From: Amphiura filiformis
Taxonomy: Eukaryota
Assembly: GCF_039555335.1 (NCBI RefSeq)
Contig: NC_092633.1
Coordinates: 21,164,334 to 21,228,333 of the forward strand
Reading direction: 5' to 3'
Length of the DNA stretch: 64,000 bases
Below, one piece after another: positions 25,519-38,085 of this stretch (its first letter is position 1; the number at the start of each line of letters is the position of its first letter). The position numbers and the translations under genes are program-made. The notes beneath the pieces are model-generated. The model made no database searches and was not told the DNA's origin. It saw nothing but the letters and a program-made list of their open reading frames with translations.

Positions 25519-26540
25519 GGGTAGGACTACCAATTATCGGACAATGCCAGTTATCGGACGATTACGTGGTTTGGACCATGTGGAGTTGTTTCTTCAAGTC
25601 AACGTGAATTTATATCGCATCAAATGAAAGAACGAATACTTACTGCATTTAAATGGCTGCCTTGCAGCTGGTTCCGTTTATTATTATTTCGCAAATACGA
25701 GCGTGAATGGACTGAGTATGCCTCTTTATTATTAAAAACATGTTACTTATGAGGTAGCGTAATTCAGCATGACCAATTTGTGTGGGTCTTGAGCTTTTCA
25801 TAATTTACTAAAACTGATATATTTTTATTATTATCTTTGTAAAAGTGTGTAGTTTCTGCAGCAACATCTGACATGACCGGTTGCTAACAACGCTTCTGGC
25901 TGAATGAAGTGTCCGATAATTGGCTTGTAAAATCTGCGCATGCCCAATTACCGGACACCCTGTGGCCTTCATATAAACAGTTGCCAGCCAGCCGGCGCTG
26001 TATGTCAATTAACATGTTGCACTATGTTAGGTGTATTTTAGCTTATTTGAGCGAAGTTGAGAACGCAAATAGGGTTTGATGTTAAGTTTAAGTTATATTA
26101 TAATGTTATGATTAAAACAGTTGATGCGCCTACAATGTATAGGCCTACATTGTACCTAAATGTGGTTTGCGGTGGGGAAAATGCCACCGTGAAGTATCAG
26201 ACAATGTCCAAATATAACCCCAAATCATGAAGGAATAGACACAAACTTAACTGCATTTGGTTGAGTTGAAAAAATAGATGTGTGCCATTATTTTTGTGGG
26301 TGTCCGGTAACTGGCTGCGTAGTGTCCGATAACTGGCATAGGCGTTCGATAACTGGCAAGATGCCTCAATGTAGTTTTCAATCCATATCTATAATGGCTT
26401 GTCTCATCAATTCAAATTTTATGTTACATTTAGGGCTGTCTTTGGTCATTACGTGGATGGTCTATAGTTGGGAAAATATTCTTCAGTTTTTTAAATATTG
26501 AGCAAATTGCTTAAGTGTCCGATAATTGGTAGTCCTACCC
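25519..26540. mobile_element. TIR element of about 1 kb in MVP intron 2 (TIR GGGTAGGACTACCAATTATCGGAC, candidate 3-bp CTA TSD)
   Basis: 'aataCTA|GGGTAGGACTACCAATTATCGGACA' is mirrored by 'GTCCGATAATTGGTAGTCCTACCC|CTAcaag'. Many internal 'ccgataa(c/t)tggc' subrepeats are present. Confidence 0.65.
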
Positions 26541-27101
26541 CTACAAGAAAAGTATACTTACCAAGAAATTGTACTGTATTACAAGTTGGGAAGGAAATAT
26601 ATGATGTGATCATGCATAATTTTCCGGCAGTCTAATAGATGTTTAGATGTCAACAGGGCTGTATGTTGTATGGCATAGCTGTCATTCTCCAGACACTTGT
26701 GATGATAAACAACTAGACTGCAGGCAATTAGTCAGATATATGTGCTGGAATGCATTAACTGAAAACTGCTGGCTCTCAAGTCTCAGCGCTTTGCCCATGA
26801 AGGATCTGCATCTTGGTCAATGAGAGATAATAGGTTAAATTAAATGATAAATAATTTACGAAAATCTTCTAGCCACATGAGTCATGGTGTCATGAGCATA
26901 TTGTAGCCTTGTTCATGTAATTATTGGTTGTAAGCCCACCTTTGGTTCTGGCTCTAAGTCACCTCTATTTTTGCTGAACCATGAAATGGTATCAGCCTAT
27001 AAGAGTGAATGTTACTAGTTTACTTACTAGCTTACTTACTAGCTTACTTACTACATGTAGCTTACTTACTAGCTTACTAACTGACTAACCATTTGGTCTG
27101 A

Positions 27102-27944
27102 AATGGACATATCTCTAAATGCCACGAAGGTATGACCCCATGAGTGGTGTCATATGAAAGAGGAAAACATAAAGAATATAATAAAAATATTTCCAAACGT
27201 CGGAGGTCATCCAGGGGTCACAGGGGTCAAAAAAGGTCATTTTAACTGAAAATGCTCCGATTGAGCTTAAATTTAAATGCAATGATCCTTGTGACATTCT
27301 AAACATGTTCAAAACATTAAAAAATTTATTTAAGGTCATTAAGGGGTCATAAAGGGGTCAAAGGTCAAGTTTTCCAAAATGCTCCAATTGAGCCGAAATT
27401 TAAATGCAATGATCCTTATGACATTCTAAACATTTAAAAAATATTTTAAAATTCATTTAAGGTCATTAAGGGGCAATAAAGGGGTCAAAGGTCAAGTTTT
27501 CAAAATGCTTCAATTGAGCTGAAATTTAAATGCAATGATCCTTATGGCATTCTTAACATGTTTTAAATATTTTAAAATTCACTTAAGGTCATTAAGGGGG
27601 TCATAAGTCAAGTTTTCAAAATGCCAGCTTCTCACACGATCAAGGTATATTAAAACGGCAATTAATGAAACAGTCTTATTAAAATTAATGCTATCCTGCA
27701 CAGTATTGCTGCTTGATCAGATCGTCACAGTCATCCGCCTAACTTATGGTACATGTACCTCGTGCCCTTGCAAAGCTGCACAGTATTGCTGCTTGATCAG
27801 ATCGTCACAGTCATCCGCCTAACTTATGGTACCTCGTGCCCTTTGCAAGGGCACAGTTGCTCTAGTTCATATTCTTTACTTTTCCTCTTTCATTAACACC
27901 AGTTGGGCGGTCATACCTTCGTAGCATTTCGATATAATGTCCAT
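27102..27944. mobile_element. TIR element carrying an internal satellite of about 125 bp (roughly 3.5 copies at 27180-27630), in MVP intron 2
   Basis: TIR 'AATGGACATATCTCTAAATGCCACGAAGGTATGACC' is mirrored by 'GGTCATACCTTCGTAGCATTTCGATATAATGTCCATT'. Internal units run 'ggtcattaaggggtcataaaggggtcaaaggtcaagttttc...aaatgcaatgatcct'. A 12-mer (tagcttacttac)n at 27005-27075 precedes it. Confidence 0.6.
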
Positions 27945-28305
27945 TACAGACTCCGGGTGACAGTGGTATAGGCCTACCACAATATACTGCCGAAGCCACA
28001 TGGTTCAGCTATGGTGTGGTTATCGCTCTAGTTTAAATATACTGGAAACAAAGGTGCACTCGGGGTATAGGCTAAGTGGTCACAAGTTACCAAATCAATG
28101 CTTTGCCCTCATATAAAAAAATATCAGTTAGAAATTGACATTCCATATACCGTACTTAAAACATTGACTAGATGATGCAAGTTACTCGTACATCGAACAT
28201 GAATGTTATACAAATTACAGAGATTTTTTTTAAAATTCAAGTCCTAGCCCCTAACCCCCAGTTATAAGCCCATATGCACCCCAGTCCCCCATCTACCCCC
28301 AGTGC

Positions 28306-28656
28306 CCGGGGGGTCCACTTCCATTGTGGCCTGTACACCATCCACAATAATCAACCTTTGAAAAGCACCCTAAACAAGGATTTAACCCTTGGTTAAAACG
28401 ATACCCTAAACATTTAACATGCGCCTGTTTTCACACCCTAAACAGGGATTTTATTCCTAGCATCAAATTTCATACCCTAAATTCCATTTCCGCGTATTAG
28501 CAATTGCAATTTTGCTACCCATTTCCCCAATTTTTCATGTTTTTGACACCCTAAACATGATATGCGCGTATCGTGCCTACCCACGAAAAACTACCCTTTT
28601 TACACGTTTTTATTATCGCGGATGGTGTACAGGCCACAATGGGAGTGACCCCCGGG
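28306..28656. mobile_element. MITE with 'accctaaaca' subrepeats (MVP intron 2). A related motif is at 28700-28870 and again at 46890-47100.
   Basis: TIR 'CCCGGGGGGTCCACTTCCATTGTGGCCTGTACACCATCC' is mirrored by 'GGATGGTGTACAGGCCACAATGGGAGTGACCCCCGGG'. The shared 45-bp core 'ttgattggcRtaaccYgaccYaccctaaaaKtaggcccgaccc' occurs at 28707 and 46892. Confidence 0.6.
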
Positions 28657-29853
28657 CCCCAGTGTGGGTTATACCAGAGTGGCTAGGCCTAAAAAAAATT
28701 GTTTGATTGGCATAACCTGACCCACCCTAAAAGTAGGCCCGACCCAACTTTTTTTTTTTTTTATATACAAAAAAAATAGTAAAATATAAAAAGAATAAAT
28801 AAAAATCAATAAATATTTAAAAAAGTTCCAAAGCCTTTATCAAACAAAATTTACAACTTAAAATATATACAAATATAACAAAGGGTGAACATATAAAGTA
28901 TCATAAATATGAAATTACAGAGAAATGATGATGGTAATTGATATATGTGCTATCTTTTTCCAAAAAGTGTAAACTGTTTCAGGTTGCTCTCAGTCAGAAT
29001 ACGCAATGACGGTATTTAAAATTGAAATTAATTGAAATTGGAGGATGGTGGGGAAATTTATATTAGAAGTAAAATAGGCATTAATTTTATTCGGAAACCC
29101 AATAAACATGTATCATTGCTTTTAAAATGCATAATATTAAACATCACAATCTTACAACTTTTTTTTAAATTTACTATGTCTGTACAACATCATACCATTT
29201 TACAGTAACGACCAGGTTGATTATTATGTTAAAATGGATTGAGTCATTTGTGGGGTTGCATACATGTAATTGATTATATGGTGTGATCATAGACTTAAAT
29301 AGATATTATGGTAGTACGACTTGAGGGTATTTTTAAAAAAACATTGTGTATTAAACTGTATGTGTGCAGTAGACAGTAACTATTATGATAGATTAGCATG
29401 TCAATAAGACAGGGGTAAAAAAAACTTGTTTCTTGTTCCCTCTCTCTTCCTTTTTTAAGGCCGCTTCAAATTTATTTATATTTTTTAATATCAATTTGAT
29501 ATCAATGATATTACACAATGTACATGATCATGATAATTATCACTAAATAATAACACTGTATAAATGTCAGTAATTCCATAAGGAATTAGTCAAATTTACA
29601 AGAAAAATTTACGTGTTATTTTTGCATGAATGCTTGAAAGGGACAACATTTTATGTTATACATAAGTTTTGATGAATTAAATTTTCCAAATATATCGGGT
29701 CACCTTCTTTGGCAAGACATGAAAAATGGCAAAACAAAATTTACCGGTTTTACAGCAATATATATATAGGGCTGAATTCTGCCAAGAAAGACATATGTTT
29801 TAAACTAACACATGATTTATTTCTAACATGTTTATTAACCATTCCTTCTGCAG

Positions 29854-30204
29854 GCTGTTGCTGCCCTCAAAGTTGTGCCAGCCAACACTGCCCTGAGACT
29901 GCGTGCAATCTTAGACTACGAAGATGACTCCGGTGAAAAGAAAGTTGCAGGAGATGAATGGCTCTTTGAAGGACCTGGAACCTACATTCCTCGTAAGGAA
30001 GTTGTGGTTGATGAGACCATCAGAGCCACAGTGGTAAAGTCCAACCAAGCGATTAAGCTCCGAGCACGTAAAGAACTTGTAGATAAAAGCGGAGAAAAGC
30101 GAGTGACCGGAGAGGAATGGTTGGAAAGGAAGATTGGTGCTTATATGCCTGGTGCATATGAAGAAGTGGTTGGAGTTGTTAATGCCTATGTACTCACAGA
30201 AAAG
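29854..30204 (+). CDS. MVP: MVP exon 3 ([61 protein letters not shown]...[35 protein letters not shown])
   Basis: Acceptor 'ttccttctgcag|GCT', donor 'GAAAAG|gtaagtat'. It spans 117 codons in phase 0-0. Confidence 0.92.
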
Positions 30205-30589
30205 GTAAGTATTTTATGTGATGCTTTCTTACAAGTGCACTCGTGAACACCAGGGTAGTACCGGGCCCAAAAGGGGGAAACATTTTCAAAACGTCCGCTG
30301 ACCCACTATGGAAATAATTTTACTGGGACAAATGCAAAATTTGCATGTTTAATGCTAAAATGGGTCAAAATTTAGAACAATTGTGGCCTAAGGCATAAAA
30401 CATGGCCAACAGAAGATATATTTTAAGCCAGATGGGGTGCAGCTTGATGCCCCTCACCTGACAGTAAGCCTCTGGTGTACACCTCAGGGGACAGTTATTT
30501 GGAGCCAGAGAAGGCCATCCCACATGACAGTACTCCTCTGGTGAATGGCTCAGGACACAGTCATGATCAGATTATTTGTCATATCTTTG

Positions 30590-30790
30590 AACCAAAAGTA
30601 ATTGTACAGGTGTGTTTAAGAGTATACAGTCAGTCTACCCTGAAGTACAAAGTACCAACGCAAACGCACACATTGTGCCGACTTTGAAGGTACGCATACC
30701 TGCCGCAGAGATGCAGCACTGCAAACTGTTTATGCGCTGTATACACGTACGTTGTTACTTTGTGCTTCAGAGTGGGCAAACTGTACATGG
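30590..30790. mobile_element. Palindromic MITE of about 160 bp in MVP intron 3; a paralog lies at 49241-49400
   Basis: 'cagtcagtctaccctgaagtacaaagtaccaacgca...gttgttactttgtgcttcagagtgggcaaactgta' shows about 85% identity to 49241-49400. Confidence 0.6.
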
Positions 30791-31074
30791 TTGTATCAGA
30801 GCTCATAAATTCATCAGGGCTTACATAAATATGAATAACATAAGAACAATGAAGGTACAATATATGGCTCAATTCTAAAACATGTAGGACAGGGAAGTAA
30901 TTGTGCTAGTATCTTTCTATCCATTTCCTGTGTACCATCTAGCCATGACCCAACTGTACAGGTAAACGTGCATTATGTGGGTGACATATCCTATGAAGAG
31001 AGTCAAATATGTACTCTTTAGCTTAATGTTGTAAAATGAAACTACATTAAGGGATCTAAAATGAGCGTTTATTG

Positions 31075-31693
31075 CGTTTCGACAGTATTTTTTGTGGGAC
31101 ATGAGAGCACCTCGGACCTATCGAATTGCATTCTGAATCTGAAGCATGTCTTTCTGATATCAAATAATTTTCATTTTTGAAAATCACAATATAATACAAA
31201 TTTTATGACAAATTATAAAAATTTGATATTTTTCAAATTTTGATATATAACAGTCCTCAAAGTAAATTATATAAATCTAATGATATATTCTTAAAGTGTA
31301 TGTAGCAGGGAGGAAAAGCCGACGGTCAATTGAAAATTTTGACCTTTCATATTGAAGATATGGATTTTTCCCAAAAAGACCTAATTTTTTTGTGTGTTTT
31401 GGGGAAAAAAATCCATATCTTCAATACGAAAGGTCAAAATTTTCAATTGATCGTCGGCTTTTCATCACACCTACATACACTTTAAGTATAAATCATCAGA
31501 TTTATAAAGTTTACTTCAAGTACTGTTAAATATCAAAAATATCAATTTTTAATGATTTGCCATAAAATGTGTATTAAATTGCGAATTTCAAAAAATCAAA
31601 ATTATTTGATATCAGAATGACATTCTTCGTATTCAGAATGCAATTCGATATGTCTGATGTGCTCGGATGTCCCAAAATAAATACTGTCCAAAC
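31075..31693. mobile_element. Hairpin element of about 620 bp with near-perfect 300-bp arms, in MVP intron 3
   Basis: The left arm starts 'cgtttcgacagtattttttgtgggacatgagagcacctcggacctatcgaattgcattctgaat' and is the reverse complement of the right arm, which ends 'attcagaatgcaattcgatatgtctgatgtgctcggatgtcccaaaataaatactgtccaaacg'. The centre is near 31385. Confidence 0.75.
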
Positions 31694-32781
31694 GTTCATA
31701 CCCCAGCCCTTAACAGTGCAAATAATATGAAAACAAGTTTAAAAAGTAGATCTCAAAGTCATATTCTTTTTTCTTTTTAATCTTACGAAAGTCTAAAAAT
31801 GTCAGCAAGTAATTTTGGATTTGTCAATCAAAACATTCAATTTAAATAAAACAATTCTAAAAGCTTATAATTTCCAGAATTGATCAAATTTAGTATAGCT
31901 TCATTTTGGACATACTATTTTGCCTGAATACTAACAACAAATGATCATAGATAATATTAAAGAGTCTAGCTGTGCTACCAATGTAGCTGAATGCAGCCAA
32001 ACTGTTTACGGGTCAATGCTTATCACAATCAATTTGTACAGAGCAAATACAAAGACTTGCTGGTTCAATTGCATTAGGACACTTCCCCATTCCAAAGCAA
32101 ATAACAGTACCCAACCTGTAAAAATTAATAACTACACAAATGCGTATCGGTGAATAATTAATCAGACACTAAATTTCTAATTATGTAATGTTTTTATCTA
32201 TTTTTGTGGTACTTTTCTTGAGATCAATAAGAAGTAGTAAATGACACAGACACAAATTAATTAATTAATTACTCAATAAAATAGATTAAATAAAAAGCAA
32301 TGGGCAAGACTTAATAAATAAAATGAATTATGATAAATTATGTAATAAGTTATTGCTTTACTTACCTCAATATATTTGCATATTATAAACAGTGCTTTTA
32401 ATTGGGCAATCAACAGAATAGGAAGAAAAATCCATCACATCACAAGTGATAGCACTATTTTTTACATGTTAAGGAACCCTTTTTTCATGTTTTTGCTGTA
32501 TTTTATGTATGAACCTGTATTTTTAACATGTTTTTATGTATAAATATATACAAGAAATACAGTTAAAACTTTCCAGAACTAGAACAGTATATACAAGAAA
32601 TACAGTTAAAACTGTATTTTTTTATGTGGACTTAATATTTACACATTGCATGTTTTGTTTATTAATCTGGCAAATAAAATGATATGATACAATAATTGGA
32701 AATATAAGATTGCTATGATAACATAGACACCAAATAGACTGTTTATTTTAATAATAAATACATTATGTTGTTTGTTTACAG

Positions 32782-32907
32782 AAAGCATTACATATGCGTG
32801 CTGTACGCACCTTCAAGGATGGCCAAGGTGAAGTAAGGAAGAATGGAGAGGAGTGGCTTATTAAATGCACACAAGCAGATGCACACATTCCTAATGTATA
32901 TGAAGAG
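32782..32907 (+). CDS. MVP: MVP exon 4 (KALHMRAVRTFKDGQGEVRKNGEEWLIKCTQADAHIPNVYEE)
   Basis: Acceptor 'tgtttgtttacag|AAA', donor 'GAAGAG|gtaagcat'. It spans 42 codons and matches human TALHLRARRNFRD...GEEWLV...HVPDVHEE. Confidence 0.9.
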
Positions 32908-32957
32908 GTAAGCATTGAAAAGGACATTCACAATACAAACCATCCTTAGGCATGTTA

Positions 32958-33241
32958 GGAACCAGTTACAAACACTTGTAACAGGGGGCCTGATGCAAAA
33001 AGAAAAAATCAGATTTTGTTTTCAGGGCCCCCTTTTGGACCTAAATTTATTTTCAACCCCCCCTTTTGGCCATGAAAAATCAACCTCAACCACATAGGAA
33101 ATAGTCTAAACTCATGTTCTACGAGAAAAAAATAAGGTGACATTTTTAAAGGCCCCTTCATAGGGTTTTAAAAATTCAGGGCTCCCCTTTTACATCAGCC
33201 CCCCCCCGCACAGCGCACTACAAGTGTTTGTGAACGGTCCC
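32958..33241. mobile_element. Second copy of the GGGACCGTTCACAAACACTTGT MITE family, in MVP intron 4, with TTA TSD
   Basis: See feature 21356-21627. Both copies share the 'gggggcctga/ttttggacc' interior. Confidence 0.7.
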
Positions 33242-34235
33242 TTAACATTATTGTCCATAGGGTCTGCTATGTTGTTAGAAACTGGATTCTCAATGTCCAC
33301 TTCATGGCATAATGTCGCAATTTATATTTAGTGCAGATTTATAAATATTTGCTTTTGACTGGAATGGTATGTAAAATATTCAAGCAAGGTCACTTCTTGA
33401 AAAGTAGTGTCAAGACATAACATTTGTGATGCAATAAAACAGAACAAATTGTTTGCTGTGTAAAAATAGGATTATAACATTTTTGACTTATATTTGAAGG
33501 ATATCATATGCTGAAAATCCCATTAAAATTGGAATTAGACACTTGTAAGATATGGTCAATTTTTGAAAACAGAGAAATAGATATGAAAGACTAAGACCTA
33601 TTCTTAACTCAAATTGATTTTATCCGCAATTATAAACAACTTATTTTGCTTGAATTCTTCACACATTTTTACAGGATGAAAATAGTATGTATTTCTCCAG
33701 TTCTGTATTAAAAATTTGAAGGAAACAAAATACCAAAAAATGGGATCTTTTAAACAGGGAGGAAAGACTCTGGTCCAATGGGCTATTGAAAAAAGAGGGA
33801 TGATAAGGCCTAAGAAAAATAATGTTATGTTTCCTGTAAAAAAAAATTGTATCCATTCTTTAAAACAAAAGAATAAAAAAAATGTTGACCAGTGAAAGCA
33901 CTCCAATGAGTTTACCAAATTTAAATAGCATAGGCGTTTAATTTTGCTTTCTATTTATGTTTACTGCTATATATTGAATATACATCATTATAAAATATAA
34001 TAGGTTGTGGTTGTTTTTCTGGTATTAACATTTAAATCTATGTATACAAATCACATGGCAATAAATAGGAACAACAAGTTTTTCTTTCTTTCAAAAAGTT
34101 GGTAAAATTTGTACTGACTTTCGGCACATTTTTACACTTGAGATTATCGAGGTGAACTGGTTTTCAAGAATACACATGTGCATTTTCTGTGCAATTTCAT
34201 ATCTGAGCTAACTCTCTTTAATATCACTATTGTAG

Positions 34236-34346
34236 GTAGTAGGAGTGACTCAAATCACCACAATGAGCAACCGTCAGTACTGTGTCATCTTAGATCCTGT
34301 TGGAGCTGATGGAAAACCACAACTAGGAAACAAAAAACTTATCAAG
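34236..34346 (+). CDS. MVP: MVP exon 5 ([37 protein letters not shown])
   Basis: Acceptor 'cactattgtag|GTA', donor 'ATCAAG|gtaagtgt'. It spans 37 codons and matches human [18 protein letters not shown]. Confidence 0.9.
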
Positions 34347-34679
34347 GTAAGTGTTGTGGTGTACGCGCGTGGGCGAGATAGATAGGGAGTGGGCAAACTT
34401 ATCCAAACATTGGTACTTTTATGTGTTTCTCTCTTTCACCCACTCTTCCTCTGCTTGTGTTGTGTGTTTTTATATTTGACATGTTGCTTGTTTGTTCTTT
34501 GGTGTTTGATTTCATAAGTATTACTGTCACCCATAGCTTCGTCTCCCTGGAAATTAAAATTACCTTATTATTCTAGAAACAATAATAGAGAATTAAAAAT
34601 TGTTCAATCCTCATATAATTGAAACTCTGTGAGCAACATATACAGACTTGACTTATATTTTGTTTTATTTAACCTGGTA

Positions 34680-34905
34680 GATCATTCATTGTTGAAACTC
34701 TGCTCTCCCTTGATGCCCAGAGACCATGGTGAGGTGTACAAACAGCCAGGTGTTCCCCAGATCGGAACTGGCTGTGAAGCCATTGTCATCCACTGCATCT
34801 CTCCCACAATTCAAATACTGTAATGAAGTTTGCCCCAGCCAGGGATCGAACCAGGACCTCCTGCACTAAAGTCAAAGACCACAACCACTGGGTCATGCCT
34901 CTCTC
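34680..34905 (-). mobile_element. tRNA-derived SINE (box A TGACCCAGTGG, box B GGTTCGATCCC) in MVP intron 5
   Basis: The minus strand reads 'GGCATGACCCAGTGGTTGTGGTCTTTGACTTTAGTGCAGGAGGTCCTGGTTCGATCCCTGGCTGGGGCAAAC...'. ORF 34629-34823 is an artefact of the body. Confidence 0.5.
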
Positions 34906-34985
34906 TCTAATCAAATTGAGTAAAATGTTTCTATGTTAACTTACAGTGTAATTTTGACGAATAAATCTTTTTCATTTGTGAACAG

Positions 34986-35111
34986 GGTGAGAAGTCATTT
35001 TTCCTTCAGCCTGGAGAGCGACTGGAGAAAGGTATTCAGAATGTGTATGTGATGGGTGAGGACGAGGGTCTGATTCTGAGAGCACAGGAAGCCTTCAAAG
35101 ATACAGATGCT
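34986..35111 (+). CDS. MVP: MVP exon 6 ([42 protein letters not shown])
   Basis: Acceptor 'tgtgaacag|GGT', donor 'GATGCT|gtgagtaa'. It matches human [23 protein letters not shown]. Confidence 0.9.
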
Positions 35112-35360
35112 GTGAGTAACTATTCCATCCCAATATGGGCATCAAAATTAACACATACTTACTGTTTTTATCAGTGTTAAATTGCCACAACAGTATTTTG
35201 TGATGAAGATTAGCACTTGATCCTGATCAGATGCGTTCCATTCCGAGCCAAAATAATATGAAGTAATTCATATTTTTTTAAGTGCAGTTTGTTATCAAAT
35301 GATTATATCAGTGATGTTCTGTATGGACATATTTAATTGTTTAAATTATTTCTATTTTAG

Positions 35361-35510
35361 GACAAAGACAGACTACCTGGAGACAAATGGATGATCAGAG
35401 GACCAAAGGAATATGTGCCACCTGTAGAAGTAGAGGTTGTTTCACAAAGAAAGGCAATTCCCCTGGATGAAAATGAGGGTATCTACATCAGGGATACTAA
35501 GTCTGGAAAG
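35361..35510 (+). CDS. MVP: MVP exon 7 ([50 protein letters not shown])
   Basis: Acceptor 'tttctattttag|GAC', donor 'GGAAAG|gtaaggaa'. It matches human [19 protein letters not shown]. Confidence 0.9.
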
Positions 35511-35939
35511 GTAAGGAACACAATGGTTACAAACAGTGAGCATTAGTAATCCAACTATATCAACCCTCTAATTGTTTCAAGCCAGGCACATATCCAGTGT
35601 TCCAAGGGGTCATTTTAGAATTTTGTCTGGGTTGAAGGGGAAGCAGTTACCAAAAAAAGAGCCACTTTTAAGGAAAATTTCATTCTTTCCATCATTATTT
35701 CATCTAAAGATGTATATCTAGGGGAAGTTTACCCTGCCAACAACTGATTATACCACTTCTTGAAGCAATGTGATCTTTGTGCCTTGAGGATATGAAAACT
35801 GAATAATTACAGGATTAAGTTGCTTAAAGAATCGGCTAATTGGCAATAATATAAAAGATGTGCTTTTATATAATATAATAAAGTCTGCGGCAGAGAAGAA
35901 CAGCAGTTGTTTACATTTTGAGAGCGTGCACAGCGTAAA

Positions 35940-36010
35940 CACGGAAGTGGGGTTCTGATTGGCTGACAATCAGAGCAACATACTGATAATCTGATTGGCT
36001 GATTACGTTG
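35940..36010. promoter_or_regulatory. ETS-like CGGAAGT plus two inverted CCAAT boxes (ctgATTGGctga) in MVP intron 7, about 200 bp upstream of exon 8
   Basis: The sequence is 'acGGAAGTggggttctgATTGGctgacaatcagagcaacatactgataatctgATTGGctgattacg'. It uses the same motif set as the putative MVP promoter, 'gctgATTGGttgATTAGG...CAGGAAGT'. Confidence 0.35.
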
Positions 36011-36213
36011 GTCGGCGCAGATCGGTGCATTTGAAGGGAACTCAAAGCTCCATGTATGTCGCTCATTAACAGGGCGCTTGCGTCAATCTGAGCAAAGGAC
36101 GGGCGTTCTTCTCTGAAACCAAGTGTAGTGTCACCCTAATATCCCCCTTCCCTTTCCTGCATAAAGTAAAACAAAAAAAATCCACATACTCACATTATGA
36201 TATTGTATTACAG

Positions 36214-36452
36214 GTCCGTGCAATCGCTGGTGAAACCTACATGCTAAACCAAGATGAGGAACTGTGGCAGAAGGAACTCCCACCAGCTGTAGAGAGTCTC
36301 TTGCAGAGTGCAAAGGATCCCTTAGCTGATAGAAGTGATCGTTCATCCAGCAGTTCCTCTTCAAGGGCAAGAGATAGGACAAAAGTAGTGACTTTCAGGG
36401 TACCACACAATGCAGCTGTGCAGATTTATGATTACAAAGAAAAGAAAGCAAG
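36214..36452 (+). CDS. MVP: MVP exon 8 ([79 protein letters not shown]+AG)
   Basis: Acceptor 'tgtattacag|GTC', donor 'GCAAG|gtaagga' (exon end phase 2). Position is anchored to ORF 36241-36456. It matches human [24 protein letters not shown]...[19 protein letters not shown]. Confidence 0.9.
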
Positions 36453-36972
36453 GTAAGGAGAATAAATGTATTATGGGTGTCTGTGACCATGTTTGGCATT
36501 GCATGACACTCATGGAGGACAAAATAGTGGTCCTATGGATGTTAGTGTAACATGCTGTTCCTGTAATGTGTGCGGGCCATACGCTTCATGCGCAAACCAT
36601 TGAACAACTGAAGCTTAAAATATCCTCTCCTGATAAATCCTAGAGATACTTTATTTTGGTCCCCATATTCAACAACCCAGTATGGAGGAATTACCTTAGT
36701 ATTGTATAATAGCTATTTCTTTTATTTCCAAACATCAGTTTCAAAAAATAAATTACAATCCCAACTTTTACTTCAACCATCTTTGATGGTTTTCTGTTTT
36801 CTGAAAACTTATATGGCTTGGCATTATTATATCAGCAAAACAAATTCCATGCTGTGGTGGAATTATCATTTAACCTCAGCTGATGGTCTGATAATATGCA
36901 GTGAGTAGTCCATACATTTGACATAGTCTTGTTTTCCTTACACAAATATTTTTTTAAATCTTAATATAACAG

Positions 36973-37170
36973 AGTTGTGTTTGGACCAGAGCTAGTCATG
37001 TTGGGCCCTGACGAGCAGTTTACACAGCTGAGCCTGTCAGGTGGCAAGCCAAAGAGACCTAATGTCATCAAATCTCTGTGCCTTCTACTGGGTCCAGATT
37101 TCTGTACTGATATCATTACTATTGAGACATCTGACCATGCCAGACTACAGCTTCAACTGTCTTATAATTG
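36973..37170 (+). CDS. MVP: MVP exon 9 ((R)[65 protein letters not shown]+TG)
   Basis: Acceptor 'taatataacag|A', donor 'AATTG|gtatgtat' (exon end phase 2). Position is anchored to ORF 36977-37291. It matches human [29 protein letters not shown]...[32 protein letters not shown]. Confidence 0.9.
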
Positions 37171-37940
37171 GTATGTATTCAATCTTGGTATTGACGGATT
37201 TCACAAGAGACACAAGTGTTACTGTTCTATAAAAAAATTAACATGCCCAAACTTTATTGGTCAACCATTAAATGAAAACCTTCATACATAAATATATTCA
37301 TGTTCATAGCAATTTAATTTGTTAATGAAGGGCTTTTTTTTTCAAACTTCACAAAATTATAATTAATGTTTATACTTTGATCATAATATATTATTTTGTT
37401 CTTGTGATATCTCATCAGTAGCATCACATAATAGTAATTCAAGTCCTATAATTTGTCTACTTTCTTTAACATACAAGTCAACTAATAGCATTCTTAACAT
37501 GGGTCTACTTTTTGGCATAATGGTAAAAGCCTAACATTTCCTGCCTATTACAAGCTGACCAAACTATAGGAAACTTGGAGACTGTGTACATAATTTTTCA
37601 GTTCCCTGTTACATTGAATTAACTGTTTTAGCCAATCTTTTATTTCTACTTTCTTGATATAAATGTACAAATTTAATGTATAAAAATAATAAGTTTCTAT
37701 GTGTTCTGTGTAGAGCAGATGATGCACATTGGGATTATCTTTATACAAGCATTTAAATGTCTGCAGCAAAAGCAGCTGTATAAACTTTTCAAATAGACAA
37801 ACATTTTATCAGCATGTTTGGACAAGTCCATTGAGTTAAATGAAATACTGTAAAATGCACACAAGTGTTGAGTCTTGAGTTTGTCCATTACCTCATCACT
37901 TTCTCATATCTACTACGTATTTGTTTTTTGTTTGTTTCAG

Positions 37941-38085
37941 GCATTTTGAGGTTGCTAACAAGGAAGATCCCAAGGAAGCAGCCAAACTGTTTAGTGTACC
38001 AGATTTTGTGGGTGATGCCTGCAAGGCTATTGCTTCAAGAATCAGAGGAGCTGTAGCTGGAGTACAGTTTGATGACTTTCATAAG
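37941..38085 (+). CDS. MVP: MVP exon 10 ((W)[48 protein letters not shown])
   Basis: Acceptor 'ttgtttgtttcag|G' completes TGG. Donor is 'CATAAG|gttagaaa'. Position is anchored to ORF 37921-38109. It is near-identical to human HFEV...[35 protein letters not shown]. Confidence 0.9.
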
